Below the pieces are notes generated by a model, which did not search any database, had not been told where the DNA came from, and saw only the letters and a program-made list of their open reading frames with translations. Both the position numbers and the translations under genes were made by a program. Shown one piece after another: positions 48,487 through 57,068 of a stretch of DNA of 64,000 nt. Source of the stretch: a virus; the IMG/VR virus record IMGVR_UViG_3300037246_000452, positions 1 to 64,000 of that record. One strand, 5' to 3'. Position 1 is the first letter of the stretch; every line of letters starts with the position of its first letter.

Positions 48487-48715
48487 AATTCCTCCTTATT
48501 GTCTAAAAAATATCCTTCACTCTCATCAAAACTAGGCTCTGCTAACGTACATCCACAAGCCCAGCATTCACCATCTTCTTTATTTACAAAGGCCTTACAC
48601 TGAGGACACCTCAGACTTTCTTTCTTAAAAGTCTCCCCATGTCCCACCCGGTAGTTATCTGTTGTTGGCATCTGGATACAAGGGTAGTCTCCTAAACATC
48701 CGTCATCACCCCCAC

Positions 48716-49108
48716 TCATGGCTTACCTGCCCCTTCAAAAGTACCATTAGGCTTAGTCTCCTCTTCCTTAGCATCATGCCCTGCTGCAACTTCTTCTGCC
48801 AGCATGTAGGAGTAATTACCTAAATCCCCTGCGGTGTCTATCATAGACTCATCCTTTACCTGCTGGTCCTTCCCGCTGAATCTCAGATTAGCGAAGCGCA
48901 TCATCTTATCCGTCATCCTTACCAGTAGCCCGAACTGGATGAAGTCTTCCACCGTTTCTAGTTTAGCAGAACCCCCACACATTTCCCTCAGGATTCCACC
49001 TGTCTTCTGATATGAACTTCCATAATCATTGTTCTTGGCCTTAAATATCTCAGCCCCCTCATGCATTCGTGCTGGTACTCCTTGTGCTTGTGCTTTTGCT
49101 TTTTCCAT
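48716..49108 (-). CDS. DUF1599 / nucleotide-modification-associated-like protein
   Basis: KNNDYGSS, RMTDKMMR, ESMIDT.GDLGNY. Confidence 0.7.
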   Translation of the reverse strand: MEKAKAQAQGVPARMHEGAEIFKAKNNDYGSSYQKTGGILREMCGGSAKLETVEDFIQFGLLVRMTDKMMRFANLRFSGKDQQVKDESMIDTAGDLGNYSYMLAEEVAAGHDAKEEETKPNGTFEGAGKP

Positions 49109-49109
49109 T

Positions 49110-49541
49110 CTACCCTCCTTGATATTCTTTTAATGCTCTCTCTATGGGCCATCCACGCTTCAACCTATGTAATACTGTGTGAGTTGATAACCCTAATCTC
49201 TTTGACCACCCCGGGGCAGTATCAGTGACATCCTTAAAAGTGTACATCTTAACTCTAGGTTGATTACAACTTTGTTCTTTGGCTGTCGCCCATCTGCAAT
49301 TCTTTTTGGAGTAACCCTTTGTTCCGTCTTTCCTATCGATAGACATGCCTTCAGGTTTTTCCCCCATATCCTTAAAGAAGTTAGCGAAATTATCCCACCG
49401 TTTACAGAGCTTTATACCTTTACCTCCATACCGAGGATATTTGTGATGATTTGGATTGTTGCATCTCGCCCTAATTCCTTTCCATAACACATACAACGCT
49501 GTACTTGACATTCCATGTGTTGCGTTACCATGTTTACGCAT
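49110..49541 (-). CDS. HNH homing endonuclease
   Basis: RCNNPN, YGGKGIKLC, SIDRKD, NCRWAT; own promoter at 49575-49603. Confidence 0.8.
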   Translation of the reverse strand: MRKHGNATHGMSSTALYVLWKGIRARCNNPNHHKYPRYGGKGIKLCKRWDNFANFFKDMGEKPEGMSIDRKDGTKGYSKKNCRWATAKEQSCNQPRVKMYTFKDVTDTAPGWSKRLGLSTHTVLHRLKRGWPIERALKEYQGG

Positions 49542-49588
49542 GTGGCCTCCTTAAATATTAAATTTATATATTTAAGTCTACCAAATTA

Positions 49589-49960
49589 TTACTTGTTTGT
49601 CAATTCTTTAAAGGTATGCATTTTCATAACTATAAACTCAGAGTCAATGTCCTGTAGCTCTCCTGTGTCGTCTACAAAGGAAAGAGTAAGCAGAGGCACC
49701 CTGCCTGTTTCTCGTGCCTCCACTCCAATTTTATTAAGCCATGATTTCTTAAGGGATATAGACTGATGAATGGTAGCCTTGGCCTCAATTCTAAACTCTA
49801 TACCTTTAAGTGTTGTGGTACCATCACTCTTAGCCCCCACCATTGCCCCGCTTCCCGGTGTCAACCTCCCCTTTAAACCGACGACAACCCTTTTCTCAGA
49901 AGTTGTTCCATGATCTTTACGTGCTCCTGTAGAAAATCTATTGCCTAAGATTTTAGCCAT
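49589..49960 (-). CDS. Holliday-junction-resolvase-like PD-(D/E)xK nuclease
   Basis: PGSGA..KSD..IEAK; adjacent to recA. Confidence 0.65.
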   Translation of the reverse strand: MAKILGNRFSTGARKDHGTTSEKRVVVGLKGRLTPGSGAMVGAKSDGTTTLKGIEFRIEAKATIHQSISLKKSWLNKIGVEARETGRVPLLTLSFVDDTGELQDIDSEFIVMKMHTFKELTNK

Positions 49961-51125
49961 ACAGCAACTCCAGATTGGCGTCAATTACTGCCTGCTCATA
50001 GTACTTTTTAAGTTCTGTATTATTGTTTAAATGTTCTTTTAGTGCCTGCTGAGTTTTAAATTCAAATTTCTCTTCCAAGGATACTACATCATGTAAGCTC
50101 CATTTATTCTTACCTTGCTGTATTAGTCCAAAGTCTTTCAAAAATCCTGATAATGTTGCCCAACTCTCAACATATCCAGCTGGATTATCATTGAAGGGCA
50201 ACATCTGCATATCATAAACAATGTTCTTGGATACAATAGGAACTCGGTGCTTCATGATAGTTACTGCCGTTTCCTTGTAGCATGCTAAGGCTTCACTGAT
50301 TGTCTTATCAAGTTTCTCCTTACCGTATATCCTACATGTAAGCCCTGATGCATGTTCCAATGTTGCTCCCCCGGGTTGATATTCAGGGTCACCAAACATC
50401 TGGCCTATTTTTGTTCTTACCTGATTAATGAAAATCGGTGTTGGGTACCTGCCATTTGCTTCTGCTCTAGTTAACCCAACCAAACATTTCCTCATTAAAG
50501 TGCCTATCAATTTACTGGCACCTCCCACTGCTGCTTTCTCTGCTGAATTGGCATCTTCATTTTTGGTAAGAATACTTCCCAAAGAATCGAAGAGGATAAT
50601 AGATACATCATCAGCATTAAGCATAGCCTCAAACATATCTACGGCTTCCTCCCCCCAAGTGGGCTTTAGAACTATCAACCTATCAATGTCAACTCCCAAC
50701 AGTGCCCACCATACAGGGTCATAGGACTTCTCTACATCTATTACCACACAATAGAGGTGAGGATTAATCTTTTGCTCCATAGCTATAGTGAGTATGGCAA
50801 GATTCGTTTTCCCCGAACTCTTCTTCCCGTAAAAGATACTGGCTTTCCCCCTCGGAACACCCCCGCCAGTTCCTAAGTCAAACGGATATACCCCTGTAGG
50901 AATGCGCTCAACATTACCAATCTCTCCTCCAATGGAGCCTGCTGCTTCCCCCATAACCGTTTTAACATTCTTCATTACATCAAGAACTGAATTTCCCGTC
51001 CCAGCTGCGAACTTATCCTTGTTATCCTGCTTACTCTTCTTTGTATTGTTCTTATGGACTACAACAGGGACTTTCTTTTTTTCTGTATCGTTTCCTGTTG
51101 CGCTTTTCTTAACCTTTTTAACCAT
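49953..51125 (-). CDS. recA: RecA-family recombinase
   Basis: IPTG..DLGTGGGVPRG, GKKSSGKT, DVE, FDSL, FINQVRTKIG.MFGDPE..PGG. Confidence 0.92.
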   Translation of the reverse strand: MVKKVKKSATGNDTEKKKVPVVVHKNNTKKSKQDNKDKFAAGTGNSVLDVMKNVKTVMGEAAGSIGGEIGNVERIPTGVYPFDLGTGGGVPRGKASIFYGKKSSGKTNLAILTIAMEQKINPHLYCVVIDVEKSYDPVWWALLGVDIDRLIVLKPTWGEEAVDMFEAMLNADDVSIILFDSLGSILTKNEDANSAEKAAVGGASKLIGTLMRKCLVGLTRAEANGRYPTPIFINQVRTKIGQMFGDPEYQPGGATLEHASGLTCRIYGKEKLDKTISEALACYKETAVTIMKHRVPIVSKNIVYDMQMLPFNDNPAGYVESWATLSGFLKDFGLIQQGKNKWSLHDVVSLEEKFEFKTQQALKEHLNNNTELKKYYEQAVIDANLELLYG

Positions 51126-51159
51126 ACTTCAATCCTCCTGACTATTGCAATTAATTTCA

Positions 51160-51474
51160 CTAGGACTCAAGGTCGTCAAGCATACCCTGCATTTTTTTAC
51201 CTACCCACTCATACCCCTCATTGAAAGCCTCATCAAGGTCAACCTTCTCACAAGGAATTGATACCCCTACATCGAACCGGATACTTTCATAGTCTCCAAG
51301 GTTCACGGTCTTACCAGCTTTGACTGTTACAATGCATGCCTCCCCTTCTATAATCTTACCCCCCAAATCCTCCTCTTGGGTATCAATCACTTCATCCTCA
51401 CCTTTACCTTTAGTCATCGTAACCGTGCCTTTACCTTTTGCCAGTTCTTCTTTCTTTTTCTTAAACTTTAGCAT
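51160..51474 (-). CDS. hypothetical protein
   Basis: TVNLGDYESIRFDV motif; SD present. Confidence 0.6.
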   Translation of the reverse strand: MLKFKKKKEELAKGKGTVTMTKGKGEDEVIDTQEEDLGGKIIEGEACIVTVKAGKTVNLGDYESIRFDVGVSIPCEKVDLDEAFNEGYEWVGKKMQGMLDDLES

Positions 51475-51488
51475 AATTCCTCCTTGTC

Positions 51489-51929
51489 TTAAATTGCATT
51501 ATACCATTGACCTTCTAGTGTATTCATGGCCGTTGTCTTCGCGCCTTTGTCTTTGCCTAGAAGTTTTGCCTTTACCTTCTGTAGCAGTCCCACTTGATGC
51601 TTCGTGTAGCACCTATGAGGTGTATCGAATATCTGTGAGGGTATCCAATTCTTTTGCTCCCAGATCAGGAGAAGCTTAGTAGTAATCCCAAGTCTGTTTG
51701 CCACGGTCCTTGCCTTGTAAGCCAGTATTTCTTTACCGTTATACTCTTTCCTACTCATCCCGGCAGGTGGCTTAATGCTGGCCTTATACTCCCGAGCTTT
51801 CTTTTTTAATAGCTCCCTGTGCTCCGGGTCGTTGTCATACTTATCCTTCCTGTCCTTCGCAATCGTAACTTTGTTATTAATGTAATGCTGTTTATGTGAA
51901 AACCCATTACCATTTTTATGTCGTCCCAT
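51489..51929 (-). CDS. MerR-like HTH DNA-binding protein
   Basis: VANRLGITTKLLLIWEQKNWIP...HRCYT. Confidence 0.65.
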   Translation of the reverse strand: MGRHKNGNGFSHKQHYINNKVTIAKDRKDKYDNDPEHRELLKKKAREYKASIKPPAGMSRKEYNGKEILAYKARTVANRLGITTKLLLIWEQKNWIPSQIFDTPHRCYTKHQVGLLQKVKAKLLGKDKGAKTTAMNTLEGQWYNAI

Positions 51930-51937
51930 ACATCCCC

Positions 51938-53344
51938 CTATTTATCTACTACAATCGCGCCTATCTCATGATACCACGCTAATCTTTTATTTTCGTATCC
52001 CTGAAATACGTTACTGGTCTTGTCCAGTACATCAAAGACTATTGGCACCACGCCTTTAACCTTTCCCCACTCTGAAGCATCTATCTTACCTTCATACTCC
52101 CTCAATATCCTGCCCACTGTCTGCCTTACATCTGAGCGAGGATGACATAGGATTGCTGTATTCCACCAAGGGGCGTCAGTACCCTCTTCACACATCTTAA
52201 ATGTTGCTAGGACTAATGGGAGGGCTTTAATACGATCTCGTTCTGCCTCTGCCTTAATACCCCCTATGAAGTACCCCATGTCATCTTTAGGTACTCCAAG
52301 CCCTCTAAGCTTCCCCTCTAACAGTTCTAACATTTCTTTTGTCTCAGAGAATACCACCACGTTTCTGCCAGCCTTATGGCATTGCCTAGCAAATTGCGCT
52401 ATCAGGTTCGTCCTGCTTTTATGCCTCGACAACATCTTATTTAGATGCATGGTCTTGCCGGCCGTATGTGGTAGTGGGCCTATACTTGACTCCCCTGTTA
52501 CTTTATCTTTTATTACTACCTGCGGTATCTTCCATGTAGACGTAACCCGTATTACCTTTGGTACCATAGGGAGTCCGTCTGCTACTATTCGTACAGGACC
52601 AATATGTGCCCTAAATACCACATCCCTACCATCCTTACGTTTGGGGGTGGCAGATAGGCCCATCCTTAATAATGCCGGGAAGAGCCACATAGCCTCACTA
52701 AACTTTTCTGCCCCCATCCTGTGAACCTCATCACATATTATAAACCCGAAGTCTTTATACACCCAAGAAGGATATCTCCCTCTTTTGCAAAGACTCTGCA
52801 TGTATCCTATAACTACTTTCTTTCCTACAACATCACATTTGTCCCCGTATATCTCCCCGATCTCTGAATCCTTTAACCCCAGAAAGTCCCTGCAAGCTTT
52901 GCGCCACTGGCCCTTCAAGTCTTCTTTATGTACCATTATGAGAGTTTTTCTTCCCACATTGGCAATCAACTGCATACTACAGGCAGTCTTTCCCTTTCCT
53001 GTTGCAGCCTGAATCACAAATGACTCTCTTGCTTGCAGGAGCTTTGTCGCGTCACGGACTATCCTGACTTGATCATCGTTCCTTGGCTTAAATGATGAAG
53101 TGAAATTAATTGCAGGGCCAACCACTCGTCTGTCGTCATCAGATACAGGTGTACAGTTTCTAGGTATCTCTATCAATGGTTTACTACTATTGGTGCTGAG
53201 TAGTCTATACATCTTGATATCTTCTTTGTCTTCAAACCTAGACTTACGGGTGTACATCTTCTCAAATGCCTTAGTATATTCGTACACTGCTGAACTTCCT
53301 GTCCATAGTGGTTTTTGTGTCTGCATCAACTTCTTCATCTTCAC
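51938..53344 (-). CDS. superfamily 2 DNA helicase (UvsW/XPB-like)
   Basis: AATGKGKT, DEVH, SATP, EGTD, QTVGRILR. Confidence 0.9.
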   Translation of the reverse strand: MKMKKLMQTQKPLWTGSSAVYEYTKAFEKMYTRKSRFEDKEDIKMYRLLSTNSSKPLIEIPRNCTPVSDDDRRVVGPAINFTSSFKPRNDDQVRIVRDATKLLQARESFVIQAATGKGKTACSMQLIANVGRKTLIMVHKEDLKGQWRKACRDFLGLKDSEIGEIYGDKCDVVGKKVVIGYMQSLCKRGRYPSWVYKDFGFIICDEVHRMGAEKFSEAMWLFPALLRMGLSATPKRKDGRDVVFRAHIGPVRIVADGLPMVPKVIRVTSTWKIPQVVIKDKVTGESSIGPLPHTAGKTMHLNKMLSRHKSRTNLIAQFARQCHKAGRNVVVFSETKEMLELLEGKLRGLGVPKDDMGYFIGGIKAEAERDRIKALPLVLATFKMCEEGTDAPWWNTAILCHPRSDVRQTVGRILREYEGKIDASEWGKVKGVVPIVFDVLDKTSNVFQGYENKRLAWYHEIGAIVVDK

Positions 53345-53414
53345 TCCTTGATAGAGGAATTACGGGGGGCGGTGTAGTGTGGTGGCCCGACCCCCCGACC
53401 TCAATTACTTAGAC

Positions 53415-54173
53415 TTACAGCTCATTCTTATAAGATTGACCAGCATCACTTCCACTCTGATCTGCAGAACCCATGGCCTTTGTGCCGAAGCCCAACTTTC
53501 TCAGTTCATCTGCAGTACGGTACTCAAGGAATTCTCCATAATCCAGAGGCTCACATACCGTATCTGGAAGCTCCTTTTGAATTTCTTTGAGGGTGTTGGT
53601 CTCATCATAATCAAAGACGTTACCTACCCCAGCCTCCTTGTCCCCTGTACGTGATACATCAAAGGTTGCTCCGGTCAGACCACCACGCTTAGCAGCTATC
53701 TTCTGAAGTTGCTTGACAGTACCACGTTTGGCAATAAAGAGTTTAATCTGGTCTTCATACACTGTACCATCCTTGGCAGTATACTTGTCATGATCGATAA
53801 TAGTCAACGCCCCTGCAAGATAAGGTTTGTCACCCCCCTGACATAGTGGGCAGGGCTCACTGTCCTGAGTACATATAAAGTAGTTCTGGTACGAACCATT
53901 CAAGAACATACTATGCTCATAGTACATCAGCATGTCGAGTACACCGTCGTCGTCCAGTGCTCCATCCATGAATGTAATCATGTTGTCCTTGTTTGGTGGC
54001 ATCCAGTACCGTCTTGGTTTGCCAGCTGCTTCCTTAGCTGCCTGAGCTTTTTGCTCTTCCTGCTCCATGGATTCAGCTGCTGCCTTTCCTTTTTTCATCC
54101 AACCAGTATTGGTGGACTTTTCCTTCTTCGGCTCAGCTGATTTAGCTGCTGCCTTATTCTTCTTTTTAATCAT
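53415..54173 (-). CDS. putative single-stranded DNA-binding protein
   Basis: YEH..C..CPLC zinc motif, OB-type strands, location in replication block. Confidence 0.55.
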   Translation of the reverse strand: MIKKKNKAAAKSAEPKKEKSTNTGWMKKGKAAAESMEQEEQKAQAAKEAAGKPRRYWMPPNKDNMITFMDGALDDDGVLDMLMYYEHSMFLNGSYQNYFICTQDSEPCPLCQGGDKPYLAGALTIIDHDKYTAKDGTVYEDQIKLFIAKRGTVKQLQKIAAKRGGLTGATFDVSRTGDKEAGVGNVFDYDETNTLKEIQKELPDTVCEPLDYGEFLEYRTADELRKLGFGTKAMGSADQSGSDAGQSYKNEL

Positions 54174-54458
54174 GGTTCTTCTCCTTTTTGGGTTTTGTAT
54201 GACTCTCGGTCATCTTCGGTAAGGATACTAAACAAACGTGAATTTGTCAAGTCTTTAATCTTACTTGTACTACTCCTTCTCGCAGAGGGCATCTTGGGTC
54301 CACCCAACCCATGCGCTCTGCACCATCCGCTAACAAATCCAATTCAAAATGTTGTAACGTACAGACCTGTTCATTTCTAAATACTGCCAGCATAGGCTTT
54401 GCCTGTGTTACATTTTTTCTAAAGGGACATGCCTCACATGATCTAACAATGTACTCTT

Positions 54459-55421
54459 TCATAATTCAATTCCCATCCTTTCGAGGTTCTCTGCAATTAC
54501 TTGCAATGGGGTTTCCCCCGCATCCCCGTACTCTTCCTCTGGTTCTATGTGAGAACATTTTACTCCCAACTTCTTGAAGTGCTTCTCTGCCCTCTCTCGT
54601 CCACGATCTCCACCAGTCCCTATGTCGAAGTACGTCACTATCTCGGCAGCGTCCCTTAGCCTCTTATATTTTGCGTCAGGCATACTTCCCATCAGTCCCG
54701 CAGCCACGTTTGGATACACTTCATAGATTCTTAATAGATCAAATGGGCCTTCTACTACCACCACCGGCTCATCTAGGTCAAGCTTATCTTCGTTCATCCA
54801 TATCTGAGGATTTCTGTGTCCCTGATAATCATAAGCGTAATACCTTAGTTGTGCCTCCCCCGTCACGTCCCTACCGTGCAATCCATAACATCTTCCGTGA
54901 AAGTCCATGACCGGAAAACATACCGTCTGCCTCTGGAAGTCGAACTTAATGTTCAAATCATCAACTACGCAGTCTGGAACTTCTCGCCCCTTCAGGTATG
55001 GATGCCCTTTGGCTGAATTGAATGAGTTTAACCATACCATTGGAAACTCCACCAGCTCCCCCACCTTACTTTGCATGGTCTCATCATAGTCGAGGATACC
55101 TTCTGTTTCATCGTCTTCCTCTTCTTCAAGAGCAATCTCAAGGGCAGACTTGATATCTACATCAACTTTGTGCTCAAGTCTATTCATCATCCGAATATCC
55201 ATTACAAGATCATAAGCATTACCCACGAACCCGCAAGTGAAACAATGAAACAAAGATTCGCCATGAGATTGCTCACCTCCACCAAAGGAAGGGTTGTTGT
55301 CCGTCCCGTTGGTGTGCTTCCAAGGAGCCCGGGGGCATTGTGCTGTAACCCATGTGGACGTACCCCCTTTAAGCTTTGCTCCTAAAAAGGTGAGGAACTG
55401 AGTTATATCATGGCGCTTCAT
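54459..55421 (-). CDS. DNA primase (zinc finger + TOPRIM)
   Basis: CPRA..H...FHCFTCG; VVEGPFD; YFDIG. Confidence 0.85.
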   Translation of the reverse strand: MKRHDITQFLTFLGAKLKGGTSTWVTAQCPRAPWKHTNGTDNNPSFGGGEQSHGESLFHCFTCGFVGNAYDLVMDIRMMNRLEHKVDVDIKSALEIALEEEEDDETEGILDYDETMQSKVGELVEFPMVWLNSFNSAKGHPYLKGREVPDCVVDDLNIKFDFQRQTVCFPVMDFHGRCYGLHGRDVTGEAQLRYYAYDYQGHRNPQIWMNEDKLDLDEPVVVVEGPFDLLRIYEVYPNVAAGLMGSMPDAKYKRLRDAAEIVTYFDIGTGGDRGRERAEKHFKKLGVKCSHIEPEEEYGDAGETPLQVIAENLERMGIEL

Positions 55422-55437
55422 TAGTTACCTCCTTATT

Positions 55438-55899
55438 TTAACTATTTACCTGCTTATTCTTTCCTGCGTTATTACCTGTAGGAGTATTCAACGCTCGTTC
55501 CACACTCCACCCTAAATCCTGTATCCGTCTCCATACCATTTTATATCGGTTACCCTGCCCCCCACATAAAGCTATCAGTGGTACAGTTTCTCCCTCATAT
55601 TCAACGAATAATGTACTTCTTCTATTACGTTGGTTCTCTAAACAAGATACCCACCTGCAGTTATCTTTGGAATATCCTTTGTTGTTATCAATCCTATCTA
55701 ACTGCATTCCTTCAGGTCGTTCTCCCATGTCAGCTAGGAAATTAGCGAAGTTATCCCAGTCGTTGCTGTATCTTATCCCTCTTCCCCCGTACCATTTATA
55801 TATTTTACAGTTGGGGTCATTACATCTTTGCCGCATTCCTGTCCAGACACTATATAGAGGATGCTTATTTCCTCGATGAGCTAATCCGTGCCAGTGCAT
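55438..55899 (-). CDS. HNH homing endonuclease
   Basis: YGGRGI, LDRIDNNKGYSKDNCRW. Confidence 0.8.
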   Translation of the reverse strand: MHWHGLAHRGNKHPLYSVWTGMRQRCNDPNCKIYKWYGGRGIRYSNDWDNFANFLADMGERPEGMQLDRIDNNKGYSKDNCRWVSCLENQRNRRSTLFVEYEGETVPLIALCGGQGNRYKMVWRRIQDLGWSVERALNTPTGNNAGKNKQVNS

Positions 55900-56381
55900 T
55901 ATTTCACCTTAAAACTTCTGGCACCCTTTTGCTCCTCTACCAGTATAACCTTCTGCTGTTCCGGTGTGAGGTATGAGTCTACATCCTTGAGAGTGAAGCC
56001 GGCCAGTTCAAGAGCAAGACCTTCTTTTACTTCCTCAAACATATCAATGAGTTGCCCGGTGTCCTTTATGGACCGACTCTTACCCATCGCCCCAACATTG
56101 AGGACATTTTTACCAGAGTCAGATACAAGCTCCAACTTCTCATCCTTCGTAAGATCAAGGTCTTCAGTGACTATCCCCATGATCTTATTTTTGGAGGCAG
56201 TCAATTTTACTAAGAGAGGTTTCAGCTTATCCTGAAGAGCTTTTATCTTAGTCTCAATATCTGCATACGTATCCACCTCCTTTGCAATAATGTCAACTGC
56301 CACCTCCGTTGCCGTGGTTACTATTTCAGTCTTTTCCTCTTGTTCTACTGGTTTTGTCTTGGTCTTAAATTTTAATGCCAT
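55899..56381 (-). CDS. hypothetical protein
   Basis: ORF with SD after promoter 56417-56445. Confidence 0.6.
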   Translation of the reverse strand: MALKFKTKTKPVEQEEKTEIVTTATEVAVDIIAKEVDTYADIETKIKALQDKLKPLLVKLTASKNKIMGIVTEDLDLTKDEKLELVSDSGKNVLNVGAMGKSRSIKDTGQLIDMFEEVKEGLALELAGFTLKDVDSYLTPEQQKVILVEEQKGARSFKVK

Positions 56382-56416
56382 ATTATCCTCCTTGGTTTTA
56401 TTATTTTAATGCTGTA

Positions 56417-56445
56417 ACTATAACTTATTTATTTAGTTTTGTCAA
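56417..56445 (-). promoter_or_regulatory. sigma70-type promoter
   Basis: TTGACA-N17-TATAGT. Confidence 0.7.
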
Positions 56446-57059
56446 GAGAATTTATTATACTTCATTAGATTCTCTTTCTGGGTAATAATCTGTAAATTTC
56501 CTTGTACATGTAAACCAGACACCCTAACTCCGTTAAGAGGTATAATATGGTCTACATGGAACTGCTCCCCATATCGCTCAGTGAGTTTAGCTGCTAAAAT
56601 GTAGTATTGTTGTATCTTCCAATCATCCGCCCAAGCTGGCATAGCTTTCAGCTTAGCTGCTCTTCTTTTAGCGGTACTATAATTTACCTTGTCCTTGTTA
56701 GCCCTTCTCCAATACTGCTTATAAACCTTATGCGCTTCTTTTGTTTTAGCAGGCTGTATGGTCCCTCTCTTGCGTATAACTTCTGGTAGATTATCCTTAT
56801 ACCTTTTCATAGCGGCAAGTTCATGTTCTCGGTTGCTTTCGTACCTAGTCCTTCGTATAGCCTGCCGCACTGGTACTGGGGTACTATAGTATCTTTTTGC
56901 TACTTTGGCTATTACAGTTTCTTTATTGTTTTGATACCACTTAGCACTGTAAGCTTTCGCACATAGTAAACACTTGCCTTTCTTACCATCTTTAGTCCGT
57001 GGTTCATTACCAAACTCTGATAACTCCTTGGGTACACCACACCCTTTACATACTTTCAT
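56442..57059 (-). CDS. HNH endonuclease
   Basis: CKGC..CLLC N-term; HVDHIIPL..VSGLHVQGNLQII..EN. Confidence 0.85.
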   Translation of the reverse strand: MKVCKGCGVPKELSEFGNEPRTKDGKKGKCLLCAKAYSAKWYQNNKETVIAKVAKRYYSTPVPVRQAIRRTRYESNREHELAAMKRYKDNLPEVIRKRGTIQPAKTKEAHKVYKQYWRRANKDKVNYSTAKRRAAKLKAMPAWADDWKIQQYYILAAKLTERYGEQFHVDHIIPLNGVRVSGLHVQGNLQIITQKENLMKYNKFS

Positions 57060-57068
57060 AACTACACC

